64,000 nucleotides of DNA from a virus. Taxonomy: Duplodnaviria; Heunggongvirae; Uroviricota; Caudoviricetes. Below are positions 18,526 to 27,769 of the stretch, piece after piece. Below the pieces are notes generated by a model, which was not told where the DNA came from, searched no databases, and saw nothing but the letters and a program-made list of their open reading frames with translations. The position numbers and the translations under genes are program-made. Every line of letters begins with the position of its first letter. Positions within the stretch are counted from its first letter, which is position 1. The stretch lies in IMG/VR virus record IMGVR_UViG_3300020577_006835, positions 132,588-196,587 of that record; one strand, 5' to 3'.

Positions 18526-18749
18526 CGGCGGGCAACGGGGTGGTGGTCGGGGCGCTGATCGTGGGTGTGTTCTGGACCCTGTTCGGACTGGTCATGGAGA
18601 CCGGAGTCCGGCGCTCCGACCGGTTCGAGGCGCTGGAGAAGTTGGACGCCGTGATCCGCTCACAGGCGGTGGTGTCGGCAGGCCTTCTGACGATCGCCGG
18701 CTCGACGCTGGTCGGCGTGGTCGTGAACCTGATCGAGGTGTTTCGCTGA
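18522..18749 (+). CDS. small membrane protein
   Basis: Two hydrophobic helices; GTGA overlap. Confidence 0.6.
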   Translation: MTAGNGVVVGALIVGVFWTLFGLVMETGVRRSDRFEALEKLDAVIRSQAVVSAGLLTIAGSTLVGVVVNLIEVFR

Positions 18750-19048
18750 TGATCGACTTGAAGAAGATCCAAGAGCTGGACCAGCCAGGCAGCTACCCGG
18801 CCATGCTGGACGAGATGTACAAGCAGTTCGACCCGCTCTCGACCCCAATGCCGGAGATCGACGACGCTTTGCAGTGGCTGCAGACGCACGAGTACAGCGA
18901 CACGGCCCTGATCGGGCTCCTGATCTTCACGGCAGCCATCAAGGCTGAGCTTCCCAGCCGCCCAGGGCTCTTCGAGAGCATCAAGGCATACCTGGCCATG
19001 TCCGAGCCGGACAACGTCGTCCAGGAGCTTCTGAGAGGGCTCGAATGA
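18749..19048 (+). CDS. hypothetical protein
   Basis: TGATG coupling. Confidence 0.65.
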   Translation: MIDLKKIQELDQPGSYPAMLDEMYKQFDPLSTPMPEIDDALQWLQTHEYSDTALIGLLIFTAAIKAELPSRPGLFESIKAYLAMSEPDNVVQELLRGLE

Positions 19049-19257
19049 TGATCACCGGCAGGGACATCGGGATCGCGGCCAGCACAGCCCTGTTCACGGC
19101 CGTGCTCTGGCTCCTGTGCGCGTGCGTGGCCTCGCTGGCCGAGTCGGCTGACCGCAGGGTCAAGATGTCCGAGACGCTGGGCGTGGTGGCCGTGGCGCAG
19201 CTGCTGATCGCCCTGGCCCTCGCAATGCTGTCCACGGCTCCGGGGCTGACACGATGA
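19045..19257 (+). CDS. small membrane protein
   Basis: Hydrophobic; ATGA overlap. Confidence 0.6.
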   Translation: MMITGRDIGIAASTALFTAVLWLLCACVASLAESADRRVKMSETLGVVAVAQLLIALALAMLSTAPGLTR

Positions 19258-19613
19258 CCGACGACGAGCTGATCAACTACTGCGATGCGCACTCGAAGAC
19301 CCAGCTGGCGCTGTTCCATACGGAGCAGATCCACCGCATGCTGTTCCTGGCAGGCGAGCCGCTGGACAAGTACGGCCCGCTGCGTGAGAACGACTTCTAC
19401 CACTTGCACGACAGCATGAAGGTTCTCGTCAGGCAGGCCAGGGCGATCAGGGCTCAGAAGCAGGCCATCAAGAAGGGCACCGAGCACCTGATCACGGGCG
19501 GCTACAGGGCCTGGGCCACGTACAAGCACCACCACATCGAGGTCACAGGACCCGACGAGGAGGTGGTCGAGTCCATGGTCTCGGCAGCCCTTGAGGTGAT
19601 CCTCGATGGCTGA
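19254..19613 (+). CDS. hypothetical protein
   Basis: Coupled ORF. Confidence 0.7.
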   Translation: MTDDELINYCDAHSKTQLALFHTEQIHRMLFLAGEPLDKYGPLRENDFYHLHDSMKVLVRQARAIRAQKQAIKKGTEHLITGGYRAWATYKHHHIEVTGPDEEVVESMVSAALEVILDG

Positions 19614-19914
19614 CTGGCAGCGGACCCTGAACCTGCAACCGGAGTGGGAGCAGGCCCTGGCCAAGGAGATCTCGGTCCAGGCCCTGGCCAAGGTCGTGGC
19701 CGACAGGCTGGCCAAGCTGGAGCCGTTCGGAGACGAGTTCATCGACACCCAGCGGTCCAACCTGGTCGAAGAGTTCACCTGGCTGGCAGAGGACCCGGAG
19801 AGCGAGGTCGAGGAGTTCGACGAGCTGATGAGCAGGCTCTACGACTGGGCCGACTTCCCGATCGACGAGGCGTGGCCCACGAAGCGCGTCTGCTGGGTGA
19901 AGACCGTTGGCTGA
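19606..19914 (+). CDS. hypothetical protein
   Basis: Coupled ORF. Confidence 0.7.
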   Translation: MADWQRTLNLQPEWEQALAKEISVQALAKVVADRLAKLEPFGDEFIDTQRSNLVEEFTWLAEDPESEVEEFDELMSRLYDWADFPIDEAWPTKRVCWVKTVG

Positions 19915-20233
19915 CTTCCCAAACCCCCTGGCAAGGGCCGGCATGACCGCTGCCAGACTGGTCAGGGAGCACATCAGGGCCAGCTTCCACATCGACCAGG
20001 CCGTGCTCAAGCAGCTCGACAAGCTGGTAGACGTGCTGGAGAACCCGGGCTCTCTGGCCTACATGGTCTACGAGATCGAGCCCGCCGACCAGCCGCACAG
20101 CTACAGGGAGTGGGTGTCCGAGGCCAGGCCAGAGGACAAGCCGTGCTGCAGGATCTGCGGCCGCTACGAGCAGGGGCACGACAAGAAGCAGGCCGAGGTC
20201 AGAGAGATGCTCGGCATGCAGGGAGCACCATGA
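19907..20233 (+). CDS. hypothetical protein
   Basis: Coupled ORF. Confidence 0.65.
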   Translation: MADFPNPLARAGMTAARLVREHIRASFHIDQAVLKQLDKLVDVLENPGSLAYMVYEIEPADQPHSYREWVSEARPEDKPCCRICGRYEQGHDKKQAEVREMLGMQGAP

Positions 20234-20511
20234 CGACGAAACCCAACCCGATCAACAAGCTGGAGCAGGCCGTGTGGCCCAAGTACGCCGGCAAGCCGGT
20301 CAAGACCGTCGGCATCGACTACCCGGTCAACGAGGGCGACTCCACCGTGCTCGCGGTGTTCATGGTCGAGAAGGTGATCACGGTCTCCTGGTACGAGGCG
20401 GACAAGAGGTTCGTGCTGCAGCGCAGCTGGCGCAAGAGGTCCGAGAGCTTCGCCACGTACATGGCGGTGAAGAAGAGGCTGTTCGAGCTGCTTGACCAGG
20501 AACAGGCGTGA
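20230..20511 (+). CDS. hypothetical protein
   Basis: GGAG RBS, ATGA overlap. Confidence 0.65.
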   Translation: MTTKPNPINKLEQAVWPKYAGKPVKTVGIDYPVNEGDSTVLAVFMVEKVITVSWYEADKRFVLQRSWRKRSESFATYMAVKKRLFELLDQEQA

Positions 20512-21020
20512 GGAAGAGGGACCTGGCTCGCAAGATAGCCAAGGAGCACGGTGTAAGCTTCCCGGTAGCCGAGAAGATCATCAACGCCTTCTGGCTGGAG
20601 GTTGTGGAGTGCTTGGGGGATAGGCAGCCTGTCTATCTGAACCCGCTTGGGGTGCTCCGAGTGAAGGAGCTGTCGAGCGGGCGTGTCCGTGTGTGGTTGT
20701 CCCCCAGCGAGGAGATGATGCGGCGTCTCGGTGTGAATCTGGTGGGCTCCGGAGGTGCTGCACGTGTGCGGTATGAGCTAGCCCTCGCGCGTGCCACACC
20801 ACGGTGCCTCACTGCAGAACAGCGAGAGGAGATGGAAAGGTTCTACACAGCTTGCCCAGCGGGGTTGGTCGTGGACCACATCGTCCCGATTCAGGGGAAG
20901 TATGTGTCAGGTCTACACGTGCCTTGGAACCTGCAATACCTCTCCAACAAGGAGAACTTTACCAAGGCGAACAAGCACGACGGTGCCTGGACCGGGCGGC
21001 ATACGGTGCCCGCCGCCTGA
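20508..21020 (+). CDS. HU/IHF-like domain fused to an HNH endonuclease domain
   Basis: MRKRDLARKIAKEHGVS..EKIINAF..VYLNPLGVLRVKE; ATPRCL..VDHIVPIQGKYVSGLHVPWNLQ..N..K.N. Confidence 0.75.
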   Translation: MRKRDLARKIAKEHGVSFPVAEKIINAFWLEVVECLGDRQPVYLNPLGVLRVKELSSGRVRVWLSPSEEMMRRLGVNLVGSGGAARVRYELALARATPRCLTAEQREEMERFYTACPAGLVVDHIVPIQGKYVSGLHVPWNLQYLSNKENFTKANKHDGAWTGRHTVPAA

Positions 21021-21115
21021 TTGAACAGGAAAACCCGGCTACTGTGGCGGGGGTCTGCCAGATTTTCACACGGCGCGGCCCCGGGCACCAGGGAAGGAGG
21101 CCCGAGAAGGTGGGG

Positions 21116-21853
21116 ATGCAGATGGACGAGCAGGGGAAGCGCAACCTGATCATCGAGAGGGTGCACGGGTTGCTGAACAACGGGGCCATCAGCGAGGCCA
21201 AGGCCGAGAAGCTGATCAAGTCGATCCCGACCACGCCGGTGGACCAGCTGGACGCGAGCCTGCAGGTGCTCGACCAGCTGTCGCAGGTGGACCCGAAGCA
21301 GGTGCGCGAGTTCTCCGAGTGGCTCGAACTGAACAGGTGCAAGGTGTACGCCGTGCTCGAACAGCTGGGCCTGTCCGAGAAGGCGCTGGCCCTGGCCAAG
21401 TACAACACCGAGATGCAGACCGACCCGGTCAAGCTGCAGGCCTTCGTCGAGATGATGGAGGACCCGGAGGAGCGCCGGCACTTCGCAGAGGACGTCGAGA
21501 GCATCGCCGCTCTGCCCTCCTGGGCTCAGCTGATCCACCCCGCCGGGCACCCGGCCATGGACGCGACCACGGCCGCTCTGGTGGGCTGGCTGGTGGGCCA
21601 CAACTTCGTCGACCCCAAGGTGTGCGGCATCGCCCTGGTCGACGGTGACGACGGCGAGGAGAGGTTCCGCGTGCTCGACGAGGACGGTGAGCCCGTGTTC
21701 GAGGCCGCGGTCGAGGAGCTGAGGGACAACTTCGGCTACATGTTCGACACCGTCAGGTACACGCCCGAGGAGCGCATGCTGGCCGAGTTCGCCTTCCGCG
21801 AGAAGTTCGGCGTGCCGCTCGATCCCGACGAAGACGAAGCCCTGGTGCACTGA
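21116..21853 (+). CDS. hypothetical protein
   Basis: Strong GC3 bias from about 21116; start uncertain. Confidence 0.7.
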   Translation: MQMDEQGKRNLIIERVHGLLNNGAISEAKAEKLIKSIPTTPVDQLDASLQVLDQLSQVDPKQVREFSEWLELNRCKVYAVLEQLGLSEKALALAKYNTEMQTDPVKLQAFVEMMEDPEERRHFAEDVESIAALPSWAQLIHPAGHPAMDATTAALVGWLVGHNFVDPKVCGIALVDGDDGEERFRVLDEDGEPVFEAAVEELRDNFGYMFDTVRYTPEERMLAEFAFREKFGVPLDPDEDEALVH

Positions 21854-22071
21854 TGGCCTGGGTCGAGTACGGCGAGGCGCCCCTGCCGGAGGTGGGCTTC
21901 TACGTGGTCACGGACGGGGCCGAGGTGTGGGTTCAGTATAGGGACGAGTTCGGCTGGGCCGCACCTGAGTGGCTACGTGGTGAGGACTACCAGCAGGTTT
22001 GTGAGCACCTGGAGGAGGAGATCCTGTGGGTGTGGCAGGGGCAGCCACTGGAGCTGCCGGAGGCACCGTGA
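21853..22071 (+). CDS. hypothetical protein
   Basis: TGATG coupling. Confidence 0.6.
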   Translation: MAWVEYGEAPLPEVGFYVVTDGAEVWVQYRDEFGWAAPEWLRGEDYQQVCEHLEEEILWVWQGQPLELPEAP

Positions 22072-22262
22072 GCGGGCGTGGAGATGACAGGATCGAAGGG
22101 GCTATCGAGGCTCCAACCTACTCGGATGGTTGGAGGGACGGCGAGCAGGCAAACATCAGGAAGACGCTGACCCTCATCCGTGAGATGAAGGGTGAGGCCA
22201 TGAGCCCCGAGGCCTTCGAGACGCTGCTCAAGGTTGAACTGAAGGTGCGGAGCATGGGTTGA
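22068..22262 (+). CDS. hypothetical protein
   Basis: GTGA overlap. Confidence 0.55.
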   Translation: MSGRGDDRIEGAIEAPTYSDGWRDGEQANIRKTLTLIREMKGEAMSPEAFETLLKVELKVRSMG

Positions 22263-22268
22263 GCTGGA

Positions 22269-22297
22269 GGGGACCTGTTCGAGGTCCCCCTTTTTTT
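22269..22297 (+). terminator. intrinsic terminator
   Basis: GGGGACCT-GTTCG-AGGTCCCC hairpin followed by C and T7. Confidence 0.85.
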
Positions 22298-22307
22298 GTG
22301 TGTGGTG

Positions 22308-22337
22308 TTGACAGATCCACAGGTCGTGTGCTGAGAT
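22308..22337 (+). promoter_or_regulatory. promoter TTGACA-N18-TGAGAT, leaderless
   Basis: GTG start 7 nt after -10. Confidence 0.7.
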
Positions 22338-22344
22338 TCTTCAC

Positions 22345-22866
22345 GTGACGAACAACACTTCGACGGGCGCCCTTGTGAACTCGACGGTCTGTGCCGAGAC
22401 GATCGCTCAGCAGCTCAAGGAGCTGGGCCTCAACGCCGAGACGGGCTGCGACTACGTTACGGTCACCACCCCCAGCCACCCGGAGATCAAGGTCTACGTC
22501 CACTTCAGCCTGCGCCGCAAGGACGCCCACGTCGGCGTCCAGCGCAAGAAGGGCTTCGCCCTGACCGAGGCCGGGTTGAAGAACCCGAAGGCCGTGGCCG
22601 ACCGGATCGTCGAGAAGGTCGAGAACGAGGCGTCGCACCGCCAGTACGCCAACGAGCGCCAGCTGCGCGAGCAGGCCCTGAAGGCCAAGCTGGTCGAGGC
22701 CGGCTTCGAGATCGACGACGACTACAGCTACGAGCTGCGCTGCAAGCGCCACAACGGTGTCATCATCAAGGGTGAGTTCGACGCCCGTGGCGTGGACCTG
22801 CACACGCGCATCCCGGCCGACAAGCTCCACCTGCTCAAGGAGTTCCTCGACAAGCTGGCCGAGTAA
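22345..22866 (+). CDS. hypothetical protein
   Basis: Highly GC3-biased ORF. Confidence 0.75.
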   Translation: MTNNTSTGALVNSTVCAETIAQQLKELGLNAETGCDYVTVTTPSHPEIKVYVHFSLRRKDAHVGVQRKKGFALTEAGLKNPKAVADRIVEKVENEASHRQYANERQLREQALKAKLVEAGFEIDDDYSYELRCKRHNGVIIKGEFDARGVDLHTRIPADKLHLLKEFLDKLAE

Positions 22867-22870
22867 GGTG

Positions 22871-22900
22871 TTGACAAGTCCCCAGGTCACGTGCTAAGAT
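22871..22900 (+). promoter_or_regulatory. promoter TTGACA-N18-TAAGAT
   Basis: gttgacaagtccccaggtcacgtgctaagat; downstream AAGGAGG RBS. Confidence 0.75.
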
Positions 22901-22931
22901 TCCCTTCGTCAGCACAACCAAGGAGGAAAGC

Positions 22932-23114
22932 ATGAGCAAGCAGACGCACACCAAGCCGGTCACGGTCAGCATCGAGAAGCTCAGCCCGACGCAGTGGCAC
23001 TGGAGCCTTCAGGGTGGCTACTACGAGGACTTCCGCTGCCTCGACAACTACGACCAGGACACCGTGCTCGACGCGTACCTGAACACGCTTCTTCCCAGCC
23101 CGGAGGAGGTGTGA
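22932..23114 (+). CDS. hypothetical protein
   Basis: AAGGAGG RBS. Confidence 0.7.
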   Translation: MSKQTHTKPVTVSIEKLSPTQWHWSLQGGYYEDFRCLDNYDQDTVLDAYLNTLLPSPEEV

Positions 23115-23116
23115 CC

Positions 23117-23314
23117 ATGGCCAAGACCTACGACGAGATCGCGCTCGGTCTCATCCTGGACGGTGACACCGCTGGCCTGGCCAAGCTCTCGAAGCTGGCC
23201 GAAGGCGAGGTCGACTGCCCGTTCTGCGGGTCGACCGGCGAGCACGAGACCAACGGCTCGGCGACGCTCTGCTGCGCTGGCTGCGGCCTCCACTTCGACG
23301 TGCTGGGTGGCTGA
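23117..23314 (+). CDS. small zinc-ribbon protein
   Basis: CPFCG..CAGCG; GGAGG RBS. Confidence 0.65.
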   Translation: MAKTYDEIALGLILDGDTAGLAKLSKLAEGEVDCPFCGSTGEHETNGSATLCCAGCGLHFDVLGG

Positions 23315-23315
23315 C

Positions 23316-23633
23316 ATGGCGAAGCTCACACCCACGCAGCAGAAGGCGGTCGACCTCGCGCGCGAGCACGGCGGCGAGCTGCACTACTACCTGGGCGGCT
23401 ACTGGTCGTACCCGGGCTGGCGCGACTCCCGCAAGGAGCCCTGGGTCACCCGGCAGACGGTCAACGCGCTGCTCAAGCGTGGTGTCGTGACCGAGGTGGA
23501 GTGGGATCGCAGAGGCCAGTACCTGACCCGTGTGCGCCTAGTGACCAGGATCAACGAGGACGGGACGATTACAGGGCCGAGCCCAACCAGGGAGGAGTTC
23601 AAAAGGCTCGAAAAATTCCTGAAGTGGTGTTGA
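23316..23633 (+). CDS. hypothetical protein, possible winged helix
   Basis: MAKLTPTQQKAV..TVNALLKRGVV. Confidence 0.65.
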   Translation: MAKLTPTQQKAVDLAREHGGELHYYLGGYWSYPGWRDSRKEPWVTRQTVNALLKRGVVTEVEWDRRGQYLTRVRLVTRINEDGTITGPSPTREEFKRLEKFLKWC

Positions 23634-23659
23634 CAGATCCATCGGTCGTGTGCTAATCT
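23630..23659 (+). promoter_or_regulatory. promoter TTGACA-N18-TAATCT, leaderless
   Basis: ATG 23666 lies 6 nt after -10. Confidence 0.75.
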
Positions 23660-23665
23660 CTATTC

Positions 23666-23962
23666 ATGACGAACGAGCTGCTGACCGACGAAGAGATCCG
23701 CATCAACGACATCATCCGCGCCAACGCCTCTTGCGCCTGGGACCAGCGCCGTGAGTACTCGTCGCCGTACGAGGCCTTCGGCTCGTACTACGACAACGTC
23801 AACGACGCGCTCCGGGAGGAGGGGCTCGACAACCCGAGCGACTCCTACACCCGCTACCGCGACGCGTTCGCGCGCGAGGTCGGTGTCGATGCCGAGAAGC
23901 TGCGCAAGGCCGACAATGCCGGCGAGGCAGCGTTCAACCGCCTGGTGGCGAGAAAGGCCTGA
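23666..23962 (+). CDS. hypothetical protein
   Basis: GC3-biased ORF. Confidence 0.7.
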   Translation: MTNELLTDEEIRINDIIRANASCAWDQRREYSSPYEAFGSYYDNVNDALREEGLDNPSDSYTRYRDAFAREVGVDAEKLRKADNAGEAAFNRLVARKA

Positions 23963-23964
23963 TC

Positions 23965-24099
23965 ATGACGAAGGAACGTGGCAGCAAGGGCGCTCGCAGC
24001 TACACCTCGTGGCACAAGCACAAGCGCCCCACCGGCAAGCGCATGATCGCGAAGTCGAACCGCAAGGCTGCGAAGCTCTCGCTTCGCGAGGAGGCATGA
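23965..24099 (+). CDS. small basic protein (44 aa)
   Basis: MTKERGSKG..; fills gap and couples to next gene. Confidence 0.55.
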   Translation: MTKERGSKGARSYTSWHKHKRPTGKRMIAKSNRKAAKLSLREEA

Positions 24100-24521
24100 T
24101 GGCGTCACAGGAGATCGAGGATCTGTTCGAGGCCCTGGGCGGCAACGTGATCTACACGTACAGCCGCAAGCAGGCCATCGAGGACGGCGTGCTCGTCGAC
24201 CTCACCGAGTGGGCCAGTGCTGACAAGGGCTTCATGGGCGGCTACACCGTGCCCGTGGCCGTGACCGCGTCCGTGTGGGCCGACATCAACGCGATCCCCA
24301 AGGGCAACCTGGGCGACGTCCGCGGCCGTGCCCACGACCTGCTCTGGATGAGCAGGCTGGCCTTGAGTGCCGCAGGCCGCCGCAACCGCAGCCAGGTGCA
24401 CTTCAAGGTCATTCTGCCGATCAAGGGCAAGCGCGTGCGCACGCAGGTCTACAACGTGGCCGTCAGCGGTGGCGACAACGGCGAGCCGGTGGTCACGATC
24501 ATGCAGCCGGGGGAGGACTGA
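24096..24521 (+). CDS. DUF6573-like protein
   Basis: IYTYSRKQAIEDGVLVD..PVAVT..VW..GR..DLLWM. Confidence 0.7.
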   Translation: MMASQEIEDLFEALGGNVIYTYSRKQAIEDGVLVDLTEWASADKGFMGGYTVPVAVTASVWADINAIPKGNLGDVRGRAHDLLWMSRLALSAAGRRNRSQVHFKVILPIKGKRVRTQVYNVAVSGGDNGEPVVTIMQPGED

Positions 24522-24523
24522 CC

Positions 24524-24877
24524 ATGGAGTACAGCGCACACAGGGCTCGCAACGTGGCAACCACGGCCGCTTTCATCGCGATGGGGTACGCGTCCATCGA
24601 GAGGCGCTTCATGCGCGATGTGTATGAGGACGTCGGTTGCGGTCAGATCGAGTTGGTCTGCGGCTTCGCCGATCTGGCCGAGGAGATCCAGACGATCCTC
24701 GAAGCCGAGTACGCCGACCACGACTACCCGGGAGTGTTCGACTACGAGGTCAGCGAGGAGATCGGCATCTGGTACGCGTGTGAGGTTGAGCGGACACACG
24801 CGCTGCCGGACCCGGGCGACGTGAGGCGTGAGACGCGCCGTCGCATCGCGGAGTTCTTCGCTCAGGGGGAGAGCTGA
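24524..24877 (+). CDS. hypothetical protein
   Basis: GGAGG RBS. Confidence 0.65.
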   Translation: MEYSAHRARNVATTAAFIAMGYASIERRFMRDVYEDVGCGQIELVCGFADLAEEIQTILEAEYADHDYPGVFDYEVSEEIGIWYACEVERTHALPDPGDVRRETRRRIAEFFAQGES

Positions 24878-25128
24878 TGGAACAGTGGTCGGTGTACCTC
24901 ACCAAGGGCAAGGACAACCGCGTGTACCTGGCTCGCGCCAGGAAGCCACACTGCACGAGCGTGACCGGGCCTCGCATCCCACAGCGAGTGCGGGACGTGC
25001 TCGGCGTCACGGTCGAGGAGGGCTACCTCAACGTCACCAGCCTGACCCCGGAGCAGTGGGAGCAGGCCGGCGAGAGGATCAACCCGCAGACGGTGCGCGG
25101 CCTGGTCGTGCTGCCGAAGGAGGATTGA
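24877..25128 (+). CDS. hypothetical protein
   Basis: TGATG coupling. Confidence 0.65.
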   Translation: MEQWSVYLTKGKDNRVYLARARKPHCTSVTGPRIPQRVRDVLGVTVEEGYLNVTSLTPEQWEQAGERINPQTVRGLVVLPKED

Positions 25129-25132
25129 AGGC

Positions 25133-25651
25133 ATGTCACGATTCAGGATCTCGAAGGCCAACGCTCTGGGTGACCTGTTCCTGTACGACAACATCGGCCA
25201 GACGCGCCTGGTGCTGTCGCAGGATGCGAACGAGTTGCGGCAGCTGCTCAACGAGCACTTCGGGGTGACCGAGTGCGCCCCGTGCAAGGCGATCCACCAC
25301 CTGCACACGGAGCCCCCTCTGGACCCGTGCTTCATGTGCGGCGGGCTGCCGTGCCGGTGCGACGAGCCCGCTTCGGAGCTGGACCAAGACGGGGTGCGGC
25401 GGATAGCCAACTACGTGCTCGACCCAGCCTCAGTACACCGGTTCGACGAGTACATCGTGGTGCTCGCCAAGACAGCCCGCGCGTGGCTACGAATCCAGGA
25501 GGCGGCAGAGCAGGAGGAGCGCGGCCGGCAGAAGTTCTACGACGACATGCGGGCCTTCGGCGAGGTGCGCAGGGCTCGACGCGAGCGCATCACCGAGCTG
25601 GCGGCCAAGGTGGCCGACGAGCTGATCAGAGCACTGGAAGAGGAGGACTGA
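25133..25651 (+). CDS. hypothetical protein, paralog of 25655
   Basis: VLDPASVHRFDEYIVVLA module. Confidence 0.7.
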   Translation: MSRFRISKANALGDLFLYDNIGQTRLVLSQDANELRQLLNEHFGVTECAPCKAIHHLHTEPPLDPCFMCGGLPCRCDEPASELDQDGVRRIANYVLDPASVHRFDEYIVVLAKTARAWLRIQEAAEQEERGRQKFYDDMRAFGEVRRARRERITELAAKVADELIRALEEED

Positions 25652-25654
25652 GGC

Positions 25655-26470
25655 ATGGCGAGATTCACGATCAAGCACCCCAAGCACAGCCACGACAAGC
25701 TGTACGGCATCCAGGACAGCCACTACGACCCGGCCACCCGCCTGTACCGGCGAGAGGCCCTGATCGAGCTGCGGGACCTGCTCAACAAGGAGTTCCCGGT
25801 GGAGCCCTTCGAAGAGTGCGGCGCAGACTTCAGAGGCGCCGAGGGTAGCTGGTGGAACTGTGAGCTGCCGACGAGGCACGCCGGCCCCCATGCAGCCCCA
25901 GGAGTGGACGAGGTGGAGTACCGCCCCCAGCCCGCGCCAGACCCGGCCGACCCCGACCCGGACGAGGTGCGGTCGGCAGCTGACCACGTGCTCGACCCGG
26001 CCTCTGTCCACCGGTTCGACCAGTACATCGTGGTGCTCGCCACCGCCGCCCGCGCATGGCTCCACAGCCGTGGGGAGGCTGCGGCCACTCAGCTCAACCG
26101 TGAGGCGCTGAGCAAGCTCACAGCTTTCATCAGCAGCCGGCCTGACGTGTTTCGCGGTGCGGTTGGGCGCAGCTCGGTGGACGTGGCGATCGAGTACCTG
26201 CAGGAGTCGATCCGTATCCAGGAGCGGCAACCTACCAATCAGCTACCAATTGATACCAAATTGGTAGATGGCCTGGGCTCGATCGAGGACCGCATCCTGG
26301 CCGTCGAGCACAAGGAGCGCCGGGAGCGCATCGCCACGGCCGTCTACTCTGCGCTGTACATCGAGCGGGACTGCACGCAGAAGCTCGCTGCCACGGCGGT
26401 CCTACTGGCCGACGAGCTGATCAAGAAGCTCGACGAGCAGCCGTCCAGCGGCCCGTTCGACAAGGGCTGA
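25655..26470 (+). CDS. hypothetical protein, paralog of 25133
   Basis: VLDPASVHRFDQYIVVLA module. Confidence 0.7.
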   Translation: MARFTIKHPKHSHDKLYGIQDSHYDPATRLYRREALIELRDLLNKEFPVEPFEECGADFRGAEGSWWNCELPTRHAGPHAAPGVDEVEYRPQPAPDPADPDPDEVRSAADHVLDPASVHRFDQYIVVLATAARAWLHSRGEAAATQLNREALSKLTAFISSRPDVFRGAVGRSSVDVAIEYLQESIRIQERQPTNQLPIDTKLVDGLGSIEDRILAVEHKERRERIATAVYSALYIERDCTQKLAATAVLLADELIKKLDEQPSSGPFDKG

Positions 26471-26473
26471 GAC

Positions 26474-26677
26474 ATGGGCGACATCACGCTTCTGAAGGTG
26501 GGCAGCAAGCTCAAGGACAACGACCCCAGGTGCGCGGGCAGGGTGCTGACCGTTACAGAGGTTCTACCCAACGGCGTGGCAGCCAAGGACCTGACCGGAA
26601 GGTCCAGGCTGTACTTGCTGCAGCGCATCCACACGGACGGCAAGCCCAGGCGAAGCGGGCTCAGCCTGATCGAATAG
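26474..26677 (+). CDS. hypothetical SH3-like small protein
   Basis: LKVGSKLKDNDPR..GRVLTVTEV. Confidence 0.65.
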   Translation: MGDITLLKVGSKLKDNDPRCAGRVLTVTEVLPNGVAAKDLTGRSRLYLLQRIHTDGKPRRSGLSLIE

Positions 26678-26680
26678 CTG

Positions 26681-26710
26681 TTGACAAAGAACCAGGTCGC
26701 GTGCTAAGGT
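26681..26710 (+). promoter_or_regulatory. promoter TTGACA-N18-TAAGGT
   Basis: gttgacaaagaaccaggtcgcgtgctaaggt. Confidence 0.7.
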
Positions 26711-26747
26711 CTCTGAGTCGGCACGAAGACCCGACAAGGAGGCAAGG

Positions 26748-27107
26748 ATGAACGAGCAGAGCCAGGACGTCACCGTCGAGCAGTCGGTCGACTCGCTCAA
26801 GTTCCAGATCGTCGAGACTCTTCTGGAGTTCCTCCTGCTCTTCTCGTCCGGCCCCGTGTACGACAGCTGCCTCACCAAGCGCGCCGTGCTGCGCACCTGG
26901 GACCGTGCCGAGGAGTACTACGTCGAGGGCCGCGATGCGGCCGGCAAGAGCTGGGGCGTGTTCATCAAGCCCCTGAGCCATGACCAGGTGCAGATCCGGT
27001 TCCGCGGCACCCCGCGCGAGGATGGCACCTGCGTCGTGGTCGACAACGCGGCCGACGGCCTGCGCCAGCTCAAGTCGTACCTGCGCGACTACCTGGTGGT
27101 GCGGTAG
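26748..27107 (+). CDS. hypothetical protein
   Basis: AAGGAGG RBS. Confidence 0.7.
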   Translation: MNEQSQDVTVEQSVDSLKFQIVETLLEFLLLFSSGPVYDSCLTKRAVLRTWDRAEEYYVEGRDAAGKSWGVFIKPLSHDQVQIRFRGTPREDGTCVVVDNAADGLRQLKSYLRDYLVVR

Positions 27108-27302
27108 GTGAAGAGGGCGCTGCTCCGCCTCGCAGCCTGGCTCAACGGCGAGCCCTGCGACAAGTGGTTCAACATCAAGCTGTGCAGCGGGTACAGCTTC
27201 GGCAAGCGGTGCGTGCTCCCCAGGTACCACCGTGGTGATCACCAGCTGGTGTTCACGGACGACGAGCACGAGGAGACGAGGAAGGGTTGGGATGCATGCT
27301 GA
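27108..27302 (+). CDS. hypothetical protein
   Basis: Abutting ORF. Confidence 0.55.
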   Translation: MKRALLRLAAWLNGEPCDKWFNIKLCSGYSFGKRCVLPRYHRGDHQLVFTDDEHEETRKGWDAC

Positions 27303-27769
27303 TCGCGCGAGCTGACATCGCCAAGCTGGGCATCAAGGTGCCCAGGGACGTCATGGCCAAGAGCCGCAGCCGGAACGTGGAGACCTTCCACCAGGACACG
27401 GTGTACGAGGCTGACTGCTGGATCGGCTGCGTCTCGTGCTGGCCGCACACCGACAGCCCCGGCTTCGAGGGCGAGTACTTCCTCACCATGTCCGTGCACG
27501 GCGAGGAGCAGCACATGGTCGGTGACGATCAGATGCTGCCCGAGGTCGAGTGCGTGCTGACGCCTGGCGACATCTTCATCGTCGACCCGCGTCGCCGGCA
27601 CTGGTTGGCCCCTGTACGCTGGCACCGGCCGTACAGGCCCTGGGTGGGCCTGCAGTGGGAGCTTCCGCGTGACGAGGCCCCCAGGATGACGCGCGAGATC
27701 CTGAAGCGACTGGACGCGCACTGGCTCACGGACGCGGACCCGAGGTACACAGATTGGAGGAAGGCGTGA
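27296..27769 (+). CDS. cupin / 2OG-Fe(II) oxygenase-like protein
   Basis: WPHTD (HxD), FLTMSV, LTPGDIFIVD..RRHW. Confidence 0.6.
   Translation: MLIARADIAKLGIKVPRDVMAKSRSRNVETFHQDTVYEADCWIGCVSCWPHTDSPGFEGEYFLTMSVHGEEQHMVGDDQMLPEVECVLTPGDIFIVDPRRRHWLAPVRWHRPYRPWVGLQWELPRDEAPRMTREILKRLDAHWLTDADPRYTDWRKA

Noticed and set aside
17767-24521. Long merged ORFs in the track (e.g. 17767, 18111, 18416, 23751, 27857, 30649)
   Set aside because: Their N-terminal parts are off-frame extensions; the true starts are downstream ATG/GTG codons coupled to upstream stops.
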